Part shown: positions 15,596 through 24,448 of the stretch, piece by piece
Numbering within the stretch: the stretch's first letter is position 1
How the letters are laid out: each line of letters starts with the position of its first letter
Source of the DNA: a virus
Lineage: Duplodnaviria; Caudoviricetes
Strand: one strand, 5' to 3'
IMG/VR virus record: IMGVR_UViG_3300032266_000697
Location: 1-31,387 of that record
Length of the DNA stretch: 31,387 nucleotides
The notes under the pieces: generated by a model
What the model was told of the DNA's origin: nothing
Seen by the model: only the letters and a program-made list of their open reading frames with translations
Databases searched by the model: none
Translations under genes and position numbers: made by a program

Positions 15596-16092
15596 AAAAG
15601 TGATAACGTCCAGTAAAAAGAACGAGGGGAATTGTTTCGCGTGCCATTGTATGTATAAATCTCAGCCACCGCCGTGGCTGTACCTTGGGTAGTTATGTAT
15701 GAAGCGCCAGACGAAGTAGCACGAGCACACATAAACTCACCAATAGAATCAGACGCATACTCGTATCGATAGCCATCGGCAGAAAAGGCGATAAAGAGTT
15801 GATCTGCTCGCAGCGCGATAGAGAAAGAACCCGACACGTATATCCATTCACAACATTTCTCCACGCCCTGATATGTGAACTTCGTGCCGTTTGGCGTGCT
15901 GAAAAGTCGCAAATCTGCCGTAGAGTCAAGGTTATAGGTTCCGTTTGCCCACGAAGGCAGTCCGCTGAGCTGCACAACAGGCCGCATAGCGTAGCCGTAG
16001 ACGCGATCGGTCGCCGCTGTGTCGTAGTCTCCACAGCTACACTGCTGCACCCAACCGCCACTGCAGCAAGGATTGCAACTACCTCCGAGCAT
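15592..16092 (-). CDS. Cys-rich tail-tip region protein
   Basis: Start MLGGSCNPCC at 16092 (TAATG overlap); aromatic/beta-rich body. Confidence 0.65.
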   Translation of the reverse strand: MLGGSCNPCCSGGWVQQCSCGDYDTAATDRVYGYAMRPVVQLSGLPSWANGTYNLDSTADLRLFSTPNGTKFTYQGVEKCCEWIYVSGSFSIALRADQLFIAFSADGYRYEYASDSIGEFMCARATSSGASYITTQGTATAVAEIYTYNGTRNNSPRSFYWTLSLL

Positions 16093-16430
16093 TATCCGCA
16101 CTCCGCGGCCATAAGAATCCATTCGCCGCCAACGTAGGCGATGGCGCACTGTTTCGTTCCGGTGCCCGTGACGTTGGCAAAGTAGTTCTGCACGCTTGCG
16201 TATGTGACGCTCGACAAAACAGCGTCGGTTACCGTCTTTGTGTTGCCCTTATTCCAAGGTGCCGTGAAGGTCCCGCGAACAATCGAGTCGTCGCCACCCG
16301 ATGACCGCACCATCGGCGGGTGAATTGATCGGCTGCCTTGCTCGACGGCCACCACGGCTCGAGCAATCCTCTGAGCGGCCTCCGGCGTGAAGGTCACCTT
16401 CTGCCCTGATTGTCGCGGAGGCTTGGCCAT
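16092..16430 (-). CDS. Tail-tip associated protein
   Basis: FTPEAAQRIARAV..VE...RGTFTAPW...WILMAAEC; position after the distal tail gene. Confidence 0.65.
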   Translation of the reverse strand: MAKPPRQSGQKVTFTPEAAQRIARAVVAVEQGSRSIHPPMVRSSGGDDSIVRGTFTAPWNKGNTKTVTDAVLSSVTYASVQNYFANVTGTGTKQCAIAYVGGEWILMAAECG

Positions 16431-17311
16431 TAGCTTGGCGTCCCGAACACTGAAAAGTCGGTCTCGCGGTAGACGTGAAACGTGAGAACGCTCGGCTTTT
16501 GCCCGGCTGCCTTAGCCACGCCGTTCGCCAGGCCGACCGGACTTTTTACTGGTTTCTTGTCGGCCCCGAGCACAGCGGCACGCTGCGATCCGGTTGATGT
16601 GGGATTCCCAGACGAGTCCACAAGCTGATTAAACCCAACGTCGAGCGGCTTGAAGGCCCACGTGTCAGCCCTGTACCTGAACTCCCACGTCGTCTCCCAA
16701 TAAACCTTTGTCTGGTCTGCGCTTGTGCTGGATACGGTCATCTCCTTTCTGACTGCCGAGCGAAACTCGCATTTCCAAGTGCGGAAGGAGTAGCCATTCC
16801 ACGATGTGCTATTCACAGTGTTTGAACGAGACGATGCAAGCGATGACCACTCAAGGTCTGCGAAGCATTTGACAAGAGTGAGCGAAGCATCGTTTGATTC
16901 AATCTCAATTCCCTCAAGCGGATCGCCTGCACTGTTGACGATCGGGTCTCCGTTTTTGTCTTTGTAGCAAGGTATCGTCATCGTGCCGCCGTTGGCCTTC
17001 CAGTCGTCTTTGGGCATACCTGTGGAGGCGTCTGGCTTGTTATTCGATTGCGGGATGTAGTATTTAACCGTCACGCACCACATCATCCCGTCGCCGCTTT
17101 CCTCGGTGCAGTCAAACTCCATTGCCCTATGGTTGGCAAAGTCTGGATGGCCGGAACCGAACACGATTCCAGGGGCACGAGCAATAAGCGTTCTTGGCGT
17201 GAATGGCGAGTCGACACGCACAATCCACTTGCGAGTGAACACGAACGACTCGCCGTACTTGCCGCTTACTCCAGTGCCGCGAGCGGTTTCGAGAACTGCA
17301 ACGACTGCCAT
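16430..17311 (-). CDS. Distal tail / tail-tip hub-like protein
   Basis: Immediately after tape measure; IVNSAGDP, VNS..W.G, LDVGF motifs. Confidence 0.6.
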   Translation of the reverse strand: MAVVAVLETARGTGVSGKYGESFVFTRKWIVRVDSPFTPRTLIARAPGIVFGSGHPDFANHRAMEFDCTEESGDGMMWCVTVKYYIPQSNNKPDASTGMPKDDWKANGGTMTIPCYKDKNGDPIVNSAGDPLEGIEIESNDASLTLVKCFADLEWSSLASSRSNTVNSTSWNGYSFRTWKCEFRSAVRKEMTVSSTSADQTKVYWETTWEFRYRADTWAFKPLDVGFNQLVDSSGNPTSTGSQRAAVLGADKKPVKSPVGLANGVAKAAGQKPSVLTFHVYRETDFSVFGTPS

Positions 17312-17314
17312 GCG

Positions 17315-18847
17315 TCAACCTCCAAGAATGCCGAAGGCCGCCGTGTCGTCGCCCTCGGAGACGGCGTCGCGAATCTGCTCGAGGACGCCGAGCTGCTGCT
17401 CCTGCACCTCGTCGCCGTTGCCACGCATGAGGCGAAACATCTCGGCAACTCCCTCTTTGGATCGGCTGTCGGTAGCCCGGAGCGATTCAGTGGATGTTCC
17501 AGTGAACGCCGGCTCCGCCTGATTCTTCTTCACACCAGCCTCGGCCACGCTCGCGGCGCCAGCGTCTGCCCTCGCCTTAGCAAGGCCGTCAGCCAGGATC
17601 GTTGACAGCGGTCCGCGAATCGCAGCGCCAACCGTTTCTTTCTCGCCAAGGCCAGCAACATTGAGCGCGCTGTTTGCGGATTTGACTGCGGCGTCTTTTG
17701 CCTCTCCGGCAAGCTTCGACGCCGAATCTTCCAGCGACTGGCCAAACTCAGCCCAGCCAGTCCCCACAACCGCTGTTGGCAGTTCAGCCAGCAGTGCCAC
17801 GTATCCGGCGAGCGCGTTCGCCAGGATGGCCCCGACGCCCTTGTAAACCGCCTCGCCCAAATACCAGACGGCCTGCAGCGCGGAGCCGACAGCACTGAAA
17901 ACGGCAATCACACCGCCGAACTGCTCGACAACGCTTGAGACGTATTCCCAAACGCCCGACAGGCCGGTGATGATCGCATCAGCAACTGTGGCAAAAAACT
18001 GAGCCCCGGCAATGATGCCCTCGCCGATGAACTGGCCAATGTTTGCGCCGCCAATACCTCCGATGAGATTCAAGAACGTATCAGTGACCCCCTGGATGGC
18101 AGGAGCCAGATAGGCGACGACCTGGCCAACGATGCCCTGTACTGCCATCTCCGCCTTAGCGAACGCGTCGCCCATTGAGTCGACGCTATTGGCCTGCTCG
18201 TTTGTGAGGGCCAGCCCAAACTTGGCCGCCTCTTCGGTGGCTGCCGTAATCGCACCGGCGCCGCCCTCAAACATCGGGAGCAGCTCGGCACCGGCCTTGC
18301 CAAAGACTTGAATGGCCGCACGGCTCCGCTCCGCAGCGGTCGGTAGGGCAGAGATTGAGTCGGCAATTGCCCGGAACCGCTCGGCAGGCGAAAGGCCATC
18401 GAGCTGCTCGACAGAAAGCCCGATCCCTGCGAATGCGGCCTGGGCCACCTTGGAGCCCTGCGATGCCTTAATGAACGCCACGTCGGCCTTAGTGGCAGCC
18501 TTGCCAATGGTCTCCATCGACACGCCAACTTGGGCGCCAGCAAAACCCAGGCCTGCCAGCTCGCCGTATGTCATCCCTAGCCGTGCCGCAAGATCCTTCT
18601 GGCCTCCGATCACGTCGGCCTGTGAAACGCCCATCGAGATAAACGACCGGGCAGCCGACATGGCACCAGACGCAATCTGGCCGAATAGCTGTGCACCCTG
18701 AATAGCTGCAAGCGTCCCCATTCCAGACCGCAGGCCGGCAACGTCTCCGGATAGCTTTTTGAAAGCTACGGACGCGTCATTTACGCCAGCCTTAAGGCCA
18801 GCGGTACTCGCGGAAAACACAGCGGATACTTTGCCGATCGTTGCCAC
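17315..18847 (-). CDS. Tape measure protein
   Basis: 510 aa, Ala/Gly-rich helical; AAIQVFGKAGAELLPMF motif; follows the chaperone pair. Confidence 0.85.
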   Translation of the reverse strand: MATIGKVSAVFSASTAGLKAGVNDASVAFKKLSGDVAGLRSGMGTLAAIQGAQLFGQIASGAMSAARSFISMGVSQADVIGGQKDLAARLGMTYGELAGLGFAGAQVGVSMETIGKAATKADVAFIKASQGSKVAQAAFAGIGLSVEQLDGLSPAERFRAIADSISALPTAAERSRAAIQVFGKAGAELLPMFEGGAGAITAATEEAAKFGLALTNEQANSVDSMGDAFAKAEMAVQGIVGQVVAYLAPAIQGVTDTFLNLIGGIGGANIGQFIGEGIIAGAQFFATVADAIITGLSGVWEYVSSVVEQFGGVIAVFSAVGSALQAVWYLGEAVYKGVGAILANALAGYVALLAELPTAVVGTGWAEFGQSLEDSASKLAGEAKDAAVKSANSALNVAGLGEKETVGAAIRGPLSTILADGLAKARADAGAASVAEAGVKKNQAEPAFTGTSTESLRATDSRSKEGVAEMFRLMRGNGDEVQEQQLGVLEQIRDAVSEGDDTAAFGILGG

Positions 18848-18849
18848 TG

Positions 18850-19152
18850 TCAGCCCTTCTGCATTTGCTCGCGGAATGCTGGGATCTTCATCAGCTCACG
18901 TCTAAGTTCTTCTTCGGTCTGCGGTTTGTCGCGGTAGCTTGGCAAGAATCGCTCCTCAGAGTCTGGGTCTGGCTTGGCGCCCATTCCGGCAGCAGTCGTG
19001 AGCGACGTCCTGGCTGCCATTCGCCAGTGATCGCCAAACGGCTCGACTCGCCAGTACGCCATCCACCGCCGTAACTGCCGCAGCGTCAACCGCTTCTTCC
19101 ATTCCTCCGGGTCTGGTATTCCGAGCTCAAGGGCCAGCCTGTAGACGAACAC
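18850..19152 (-). CDS. Tail assembly chaperone GT (frameshift-extension part)
   Basis: LALELG...W.AYWRVEPFG motif; open in the -1 frame back to the slippery site at 19173-19180. Confidence 0.75.
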   Translation of the reverse strand: MFVYRLALELGIPDPEEWKKRLTLRQLRRWMAYWRVEPFGDHWRMAARTSLTTAAGMGAKPDPDSEERFLPSYRDKPQTEEELRRELMKIPAFREQMQKG

Positions 19153-19169
19153 GTCGTCCGGCCGGCTCC

Positions 19170-19517
19170 TCAGTTTTTTTCGAGTTCCTCAATTTCAGCG
19201 TCGGTAATCGACAAGAGCTTCTGGCCGGCCTGCCAGATCTCGTGCATGGCCCGGGCGTTCTTCTTCCCCAGCTTGGCCACGTCGGCGTCGCTTGTGAACA
19301 GTCGCTTGCCGCTCTCGTCGCACAGGATCAGGCTGGCCAGCTTGGCACGCCAGCTCGCGGGCTTGCCCTGGTTTGACGCGCAGTAGATTTCCCACTCGTC
19401 GCGAATGTCAGCCGTCGGGTCGAGCAGATATACCTCGCGGCCCCAGGCCTTCACGTGCAGCTTCTGCGGCGCGCGGATGTCGTCGAGACCCAGAATGTCA
19501 TCGGCAGTCAAGCCCAT
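19170..19517 (-). CDS. Tail assembly chaperone G
   Basis: MGLTADDIL...VKAWG.EVY...LCDESGKRLF...LEKN; ends GAA AAA AAC TGA. Confidence 0.8.
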   Translation of the reverse strand: MGLTADDILGLDDIRAPQKLHVKAWGREVYLLDPTADIRDEWEIYCASNQGKPASWRAKLASLILCDESGKRLFTSDADVAKLGKKNARAMHEIWQAGQKLLSITDAEIEELEKN

Positions 19518-19531
19518 TATTCCCTCTTTAT

Positions 19532-19918
19532 CTAAGCCCCAGACAACTGGAACACAGCCGCCCATTGAACCAATTCACCCTTTGCAAACTCAGAATCAAG
19601 CGACTCTAGAAAAGCCTGAGCCATCACACTGCCACCCGAGCCGTACGAAAACACCAGCACGCCATACTTGCCCATGTCCAGTACGGTTAAGTCTGGCAAA
19701 CCAAGGAAACGAGCCGTGATCGTGCCAGGCTCAATGCTCGTCACGTTGTACTGCTTTATGACACGAGCGCTTGAGGCAGAACCCGTGACAGGCGATCGCA
19801 TACTGGTAACTTCGTGCTTGTTACCAACAGCGAGCGACAGATTGACGTTCTGCAGCACGCCCAGCTCCTGGCCGTTGAAAAACAGCGCGGCGCCCTGGCT
19901 ACTTGGAATGTTTGGCAC
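19532..19918 (-). CDS. Tail-tube-like protein 2
   Basis: GTG start; SQG..L.F.G...IEPGTIT...GELVQW...FQLSG, similar to the upstream gene. Confidence 0.6.
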   Translation of the reverse strand: MPNIPSSQGAALFFNGQELGVLQNVNLSLAVGNKHEVTSMRSPVTGSASSARVIKQYNVTSIEPGTITARFLGLPDLTVLDMGKYGVLVFSYGSGGSVMAQAFLESLDSEFAKGELVQWAAVFQLSGA

Positions 19919-19936
19919 GGGTGACCTCCCGGCCTA

Positions 19937-20281
19937 TCAGGTGCCGGTCAGCTTGAACGTGGCAGTACCCATGATGAGCTCGCCCACGGCAGCGGTCAGC
20001 TCAAAGTCCTCACAGACAGCGCTACCGCTGATTCCGAGAGTCGAGCACGCGATCGCAGCCGCCGTACCGCGGGGTGGTGCAGTCGTGCCCATGTATTCGC
20101 ACGTGATTTGGTCGCCGTCGACAAGCGGGACGGCCTGCAGAAAGCGAGTAGAGCCAGCGGTCGCAGACAGCGGCGTCACGTCGACGTAGGCCTGGCTTCG
20201 CTTCACCTTCACGTTCTTTGCGACGAACGATATGGAATTGAACGTGAACGTCGTTCCCTGCGAATCAGCAATTGCCGGCAT
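19937..20281 (-). CDS. Tail-tube-like protein 1
   Basis: DSQGTTFTF...VDVT.L...DG..ITCEY...VGELI.G.ATFKLTG; canonical position after tail terminator. Confidence 0.7.
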   Translation of the reverse strand: MPAIADSQGTTFTFNSISFVAKNVKVKRSQAYVDVTPLSATAGSTRFLQAVPLVDGDQITCEYMGTTAPPRGTAAAIACSTLGISGSAVCEDFELTAAVGELIMGTATFKLTGT

Positions 20282-20283
20282 GG

Positions 20284-20682
20284 CTACTCCTCCCAGCGGA
20301 TCTGGTACGTGTGGTCAACCGTGTACGTTGGCTTGTCCTGACCGTCTAGGTAGTCCGGCGAGCCGTCGAGCTCCTCGCTGATCAGGCACTCGCGGATTGT
20401 CACGCCGTTAGCGGTGCCGTTGAAGTTGTGCAGAGCGACGCGCACAGAGTCGGCAAGCGATTTCACGCCAGAATATGTGGACGCATAGAGCAGGACCGAA
20501 AACGTGGCCGACGGGTTGACGTTGATAGGCGTCACGCCGGCCATAATCGTCTCGCGCTGCGTCGATGTGCGGCCGTAAATGACGTATGGCAGGGCGGCCC
20601 CCTCTGGGGCCTCCATCGGCCAAGCCAGACAGCCGCTCGCTGTCTCAATCGCCGACTTTAGCCACTGTTCAGGATATGGCAT
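20284..20682 (-). CDS. Tail terminator / completion protein (DUF3168/gp17-like)
   Basis: P..AP....LPYVIY.R...YA.TY...K.LAD.VR.AL pattern and gene position. Confidence 0.75.
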   Translation of the reverse strand: MPYPEQWLKSAIETASGCLAWPMEAPEGAALPYVIYGRTSTQRETIMAGVTPINVNPSATFSVLLYASTYSGVKSLADSVRVALHNFNGTANGVTIRECLISEELDGSPDYLDGQDKPTYTVDHTYQIRWEE

Positions 20683-21173
20683 TACGTTCTCCCCGGGTTC
20701 TTGCCGGCCGACAGCTCTGCAGCAGCCTTTTCAATTCCAGCGGCCAGCTCGGTCGTCAGCTTGGCCAGCGAGACGTTGTCGTACTGCTGGTGGAACTGCT
20801 CGAGCATCTGCCGGGATGCCAGGCCTCGGTTTGTGCCGTACTGCAGCCAGATGGCCTTCCGCGACTCTATGCCTCCCTTGTAACCAACCACGCCGTATAC
20901 GGCTCCGTGTGTAGGTTTTGCGACGTATTTGGCCTTAGTGGTGACTGATCGACGCAGGGCGCCGGTCGATCGCTTTTCGCCCTTCTTGCGGCGGCCACGA
21001 CGGGCACCGACTGGAGGAGTCACCGCCCGCATTACCGGAATTCCGTCTTTAATTGCGCGCCGCATGGAGGCCTGGACGTGCTTCTTGGCGAGATGTCGCG
21101 GAAACTCTTTAAACCGGGCAATCATCGCCTGGCACTCGGCCGCTGGGTCGTTCTTGAGAGATATCCCAATCAC
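20682..21173 (-). CDS. HK97 gp10-like neck/tail component
   Basis: Basic; TP...TGALRRS...WLQYGT motif. Confidence 0.75.
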   Translation of the reverse strand: MIGISLKNDPAAECQAMIARFKEFPRHLAKKHVQASMRRAIKDGIPVMRAVTPPVGARRGRRKKGEKRSTGALRRSVTTKAKYVAKPTHGAVYGVVGYKGGIESRKAIWLQYGTNRGLASRQMLEQFHQQYDNVSLAKLTTELAAGIEKAAAELSAGKNPGRT

Positions 21174-21502
21174 GTGGCCTTCTCCTCACACGTGAGCTCG
21201 TGCTCTTGCCGTGGGCCGATCTCCACGACCGACGAGATGTAGAGGTAGCGGTCGCCGCGGCTCTTCCACCGCACTCGCATCTTCCCGCTCACGCCCTCCA
21301 CGTAGTGGCAGCGAACGACCCACGTGGCGGAGCCACCGATTCGGCCCTGCCGCTGTGTCTCGGAGTAGCTGATCGACTCGACGGCCGCCCGCCTGGTGGC
21401 GTGCGTCGACCAACTCGAGGTGGCCTCACCGAACGCGTTCCGCGTCTCGGTCTGCTTCTCGATCACAACGGTCTCGCGGAGGTTGCCGGCTGGGATGGCC
21501 AT
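21170..21502 (-). CDS. Head-tail adaptor / head closure protein (SPP1 gp16-like)
   Basis: AGNLRETVVI...RNAFGE...W...MRV...I.SV. Confidence 0.8.
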   Translation of the reverse strand: MAIPAGNLRETVVIEKQTETRNAFGEATSSWSTHATRRAAVESISYSETQRQGRIGGSATWVVRCHYVEGVSGKMRVRWKSRGDRYLYISSVVEIGPRQEHELTCEEKAT

Positions 21503-22101
21503 CACCACCTCCCGCTGACAGACTCGCTGGCCAGGAGCGTGTCAAAGGCCATCGGGATGGCGACCGGCTGGGCGCCCGTAGCGATCACCGCCTCGCGGTT
21601 GGCGTACAGGTGCCCCACGTACAGCAGGATGGCTGTACGGAGCTGCGGGGCGATCGTGGCCTGCCCGGCCCAGTACGTGACCGTCAGTGTGGTCAGGTCC
21701 GACATTTGCGGAGCCGACGAGAATCGGATCTGTCCAGCGTCGGCGTCGACCGTGTACGTGGACGAGCTCACGGCCGTGCCGTCGACATCCAGCGCCACCG
21801 CATAGCTGCCGCCTGTCAGCACGGGCACCACCGGCAGCCGAAGCACAACGGGGCCGACGTTGTCAGGGCCGCGGGTCCATCCCATGCCGTCAGTGGCGTC
21901 GAACTTTGCCCGGAGCTGCTGCGGTGCCAGGGCCACTCCAAGCCGCCGCTCGATCAGCCGGCGAGCCGTGGCGATCATCGACACGATGAGCGTGTCGTCC
22001 TCCTCCTGCTCGGGCAGGAGCGACAGGTGGCCCTTGGCCATCGCCAGCGAGACAGGCTCAACGATCGGCTGCGTGGCGACTGCTAGAGAGCGGAGACGCA
22101 T
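21502..22101 (-). CDS. Head-tail connector protein (HK97 gp6/gp15-like)
   Basis: EPVSL..AK.HL...DDTLI...I..AR...AILLYVGHLYANRE. Confidence 0.88.
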   Translation of the reverse strand: MRLRSLAVATQPIVEPVSLAMAKGHLSLLPEQEEDDTLIVSMIATARRLIERRLGVALAPQQLRAKFDATDGMGWTRGPDNVGPVVLRLPVVPVLTGGSYAVALDVDGTAVSSSTYTVDADAGQIRFSSAPQMSDLTTLTVTYWAGQATIAPQLRTAILLYVGHLYANREAVIATGAQPVAIPMAFDTLLASESVSGRW

Positions 22102-22104
22102 GGA

Positions 22105-22290
22105 TCACCTCTCCAGCTTCGCGGTTCGCTTCTCCGGCTCGGGGGCGACTGCACGCTCGACGGTCGGGGCCTCGGTGGTTTCCACCGCGTAGCCCTCCTG
22201 CTCGAGCACCAGGGCGAAGTCGGGCGTCTTCTCTACGACGTCGCCGGCCTTGTGGCCCCAGCCGTCGCGGATGAATTTCATGTTTGGCAC
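22105..22290 (-). CDS. Small protein downstream of capsid gene
   Basis: AAGGA RBS before GTG; KAGDVVE...A..L...GYA motif typical of post-capsid ORFs. Confidence 0.6.
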   Translation of the reverse strand: MPNMKFIRDGWGHKAGDVVEKTPDFALVLEQEGYAVETTEAPTVERAVAPEPEKRTAKLER

Positions 22291-22315
22291 GGCGCGATTC
22301 CTTGGGGATAGAGAT

Positions 22316-22346
22316 GCGGCCGGGGGCATTTGGCGCCCCCGGCCGC
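22316..22346 (-). terminator. GC-rich hairpin after the major capsid gene
   Basis: 12-bp stem GCGGCCGGGGGC/GCCCCCGGCCGC about 20 nt past the stop; weak U-tract, so possibly a partial terminator or mRNA stabiliser. Confidence 0.6.
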
Positions 22347-22368
22347 TCAGTTGTTCACGCTGCCTGGA

Positions 22369-23589
22369 TTAGCTGGCAGCCTTGGCGAGCCGGCCGATGA
22401 ACTCGGGGGCGTGGTTGGCCACGCCGAACCGGGTGTTCGCGACGTAGAGCACCTGGCGGTTCCGCATCAGGATCTCGCGGCCGGCTTCGATTTCGAGGCC
22501 GCTGTCCTTGATACCGACCACCGAGCTCATCGAAAAATCGCCGTAGAGGGCCAGCGTCGTCGAGGGCAGACCCTTCACGATGTAGACCGGAGCACCGAAC
22601 ACGGTTGGCACCACGCGGCCGCCGCCGACCGTCTGGGTCGTCTGCTGTGCCGACCAGATCTTCATCAGGTCCACCCAGCCAGCACGGCTGCAGACCCACG
22701 AGCTGGTTCCCATCACGGTGTCGTCGACCTTGCCGACCACGTCGGCGAGGTTGGCAAGCGTGGTCGCTGCCGATGCCCCAACGGTGATGGTGTTGCCGGC
22801 CGCCACCGCACCGGCGAGGCCGGTGATGGACGGGCTGGACGAGTTGCCTCCGAGCCAGACTGCGTCGAACTTCTGGGCATAGGAAAGAGAGAACCGCTCG
22901 GCCACGAGGCCAGCCACGTCGATCGGCGAGTCCTCGAGCAGGCTGCGAGACACGGCCACGCTGGCACGCATCTCGTAGAGCGTCAGGTCGGCCACGCTCG
23001 TCGACAGATCCTGATCCGTCGACGCCGTGCCTTCAGCCACGAAGCTGGCAGTGGCGTCGCCGACCTTCGGGAAGCTGATCTTGGCACCGGCGGGCCGGAT
23101 GACCGTGGCGAGCTGCAGGCCGACCGACGCGTACTGCAGGCGGTTCACGATGGCGTTGTAGAGCTCTCCGATCACGTACTCTGCACCCTTGGCGTCGTAG
23201 GTGCTGGACGTCTCGCCCATCGCCCGGATCTCGCCGGTGTAGAGCTGCCGGAGGTAGCCGCCAACCAGGGCGGCTGCCTTGGACGAGCTGAAGGCCTTGA
23301 CGCCCGAGCGGATGTCCGCACGGTCACCCGTCACTTCGCCCTTCTCGACCGCGGCGCGGGGCTCGCTGTCGGAGACGGGCGTGAGCTTGGCGCGGGCCGC
23401 CGAGAGACGGGCTTCGATCGCGTTCTCGCGCTCGACGACCACGTTGAGCTCGTCCGCACGCGTCAGCGCCCTTTCCAGGGCGGCCGCCGCAGCGCCGTCC
23501 TTGTCGTCGTTGGGATCGACGTTCCGCAGGTTCTCGATCTGCGGGATGAGGGCGGAGATTTCGTCCTGAGCCAGGCGGAGCTTGTTCAT
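22369..23589 (-). CDS. HK97-fold major capsid protein
   Basis: N-terminal coiled-coil delta domain; FVAEG, VSRSLLEDS, L.G.PV, LYGDFS, RFG motifs. Confidence 0.93.
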   Translation of the reverse strand: MNKLRLAQDEISALIPQIENLRNVDPNDDKDGAAAAALERALTRADELNVVVERENAIEARLSAARAKLTPVSDSEPRAAVEKGEVTGDRADIRSGVKAFSSSKAAALVGGYLRQLYTGEIRAMGETSSTYDAKGAEYVIGELYNAIVNRLQYASVGLQLATVIRPAGAKISFPKVGDATASFVAEGTASTDQDLSTSVADLTLYEMRASVAVSRSLLEDSPIDVAGLVAERFSLSYAQKFDAVWLGGNSSSPSITGLAGAVAAGNTITVGASAATTLANLADVVGKVDDTVMGTSSWVCSRAGWVDLMKIWSAQQTTQTVGGGRVVPTVFGAPVYIVKGLPSTTLALYGDFSMSSVVGIKDSGLEIEAGREILMRNRQVLYVANTRFGVANHAPEFIGRLAKAAS

Positions 23590-23639
23590 GGTTGTCCTCG
23601 GGAATGTGGGGCGGTGTCGTGAACGACTCGCACACTTTC

Positions 23640-23664
23640 GCCGGTCACGGCTGGCCGTCGAAGT
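23640..23664 (-). promoter_or_regulatory. Candidate late-promoter motif upstream of the capsid gene
   Basis: ACTTCGACG-N10-ACCGGC; matches 14403-14427. Confidence 0.5.
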
Positions 23665-23673
23665 TGGGCCGTT

Positions 23674-23946
23674 CTACGGTAGATTTTTTCTGCACTTGCC
23701 AGACGGGCACGCGCCGCACTTGCAAGCCCAGCGCGAGCCGTCAGGACGAACGGTGTAGCCTTTGCCACCGCAGGGGCAGGCGGCCGGTGCGGCTGGCTTC
23801 TCGGCCTGGCGGGCGGGCTCTTGTGCCAGAGACGCATACGCCACCGTCACGCAGCCAGCAGCTCGAGCACGCTCAGCGGCAATGCTCGACGGGTCGTGCG
23901 ACGCCCACGCCAACAGGTACAGAATCCAGTGCCACAGAGCGTGCAT
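23674..23946 (-). CDS. Small exported/membrane protein with Cys-rich C-terminus
   Basis: Hydrophobic N-terminus; CPCGGKG....DG....CKC..CPSGKC. Confidence 0.65.
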   Translation of the reverse strand: MHALWHWILYLLAWASHDPSSIAAERARAAGCVTVAYASLAQEPARQAEKPAAPAACPCGGKGYTVRPDGSRWACKCGACPSGKCRKNLP

Positions 23947-24225
23947 TTACCACCTCGCGTTTGATAGGACGAGATGGCCGTCGGTGCCGACGACCGCGTG
24001 AGCGAGCTGCACCTCATCGGCATCGGGGGCGGGCTCGGCAAACAGCAGGGCCGTCAGTCCGAATCGTGCTGCCATGCCGGCGACCTTCGCAATGAATCGC
24101 AGCACGGGGCGATCGGGCCGCGGCGGCGTCGGCCGCAGCGGTGAGTCTGGAGCAGTGGCCAGCCACCACGTGGCAGCCACGACAATGACGGCAGCAACGG
24201 CCAGTTTCTTCTGTGCGTCAGACAT
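23947..24225 (-). CDS. Membrane protein
   Basis: MSDAQKKLAVAAVIVVAATWWL anchor, Pro-rich linker, second hydrophobic helix; GGAG RBS. Confidence 0.65.
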   Translation of the reverse strand: MSDAQKKLAVAAVIVVAATWWLATAPDSPLRPTPPRPDRPVLRFIAKVAGMAARFGLTALLFAEPAPDADEVQLAHAVVGTDGHLVLSNARW

Positions 24226-24448
24226 TCGATTCACTCCAGAGTCGGTGCAGATACAGAACCACAACAGCCCCGATGATCGAGCCCACAAGCCCTGCCGGGC
24301 CGGTGCCAAATGGCAGGCCGCCGGCAACACTGCCAACCACGCCAACGGCGATCGTCGGCAGCCAGCCGGTGGGCAGCTTCGACGGCAGCAGGGCCTGGGC
24401 AACGGTGCCCACGATCGCCCCAAAGATCGCCCACAGGATCAGGTTCAT
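24218..24448 (-). CDS. GlsB/YeaQ/YmgE (transglycosylase-associated) family membrane protein
   Basis: ILWAIFGAIVG..A..LLP...TIAVGVVGSVAGG...GSIIGAVVVL. Confidence 0.8.
   Translation of the reverse strand: MNLILWAIFGAIVGTVAQALLPSKLPTGWLPTIAVGVVGSVAGGLPFGTGPAGLVGSIIGAVVVLYLHRLWSESNV

Noticed and set aside
22330-23622. 430-aa plus-strand ORF
   Set aside because: Antisense shadow of the major capsid gene
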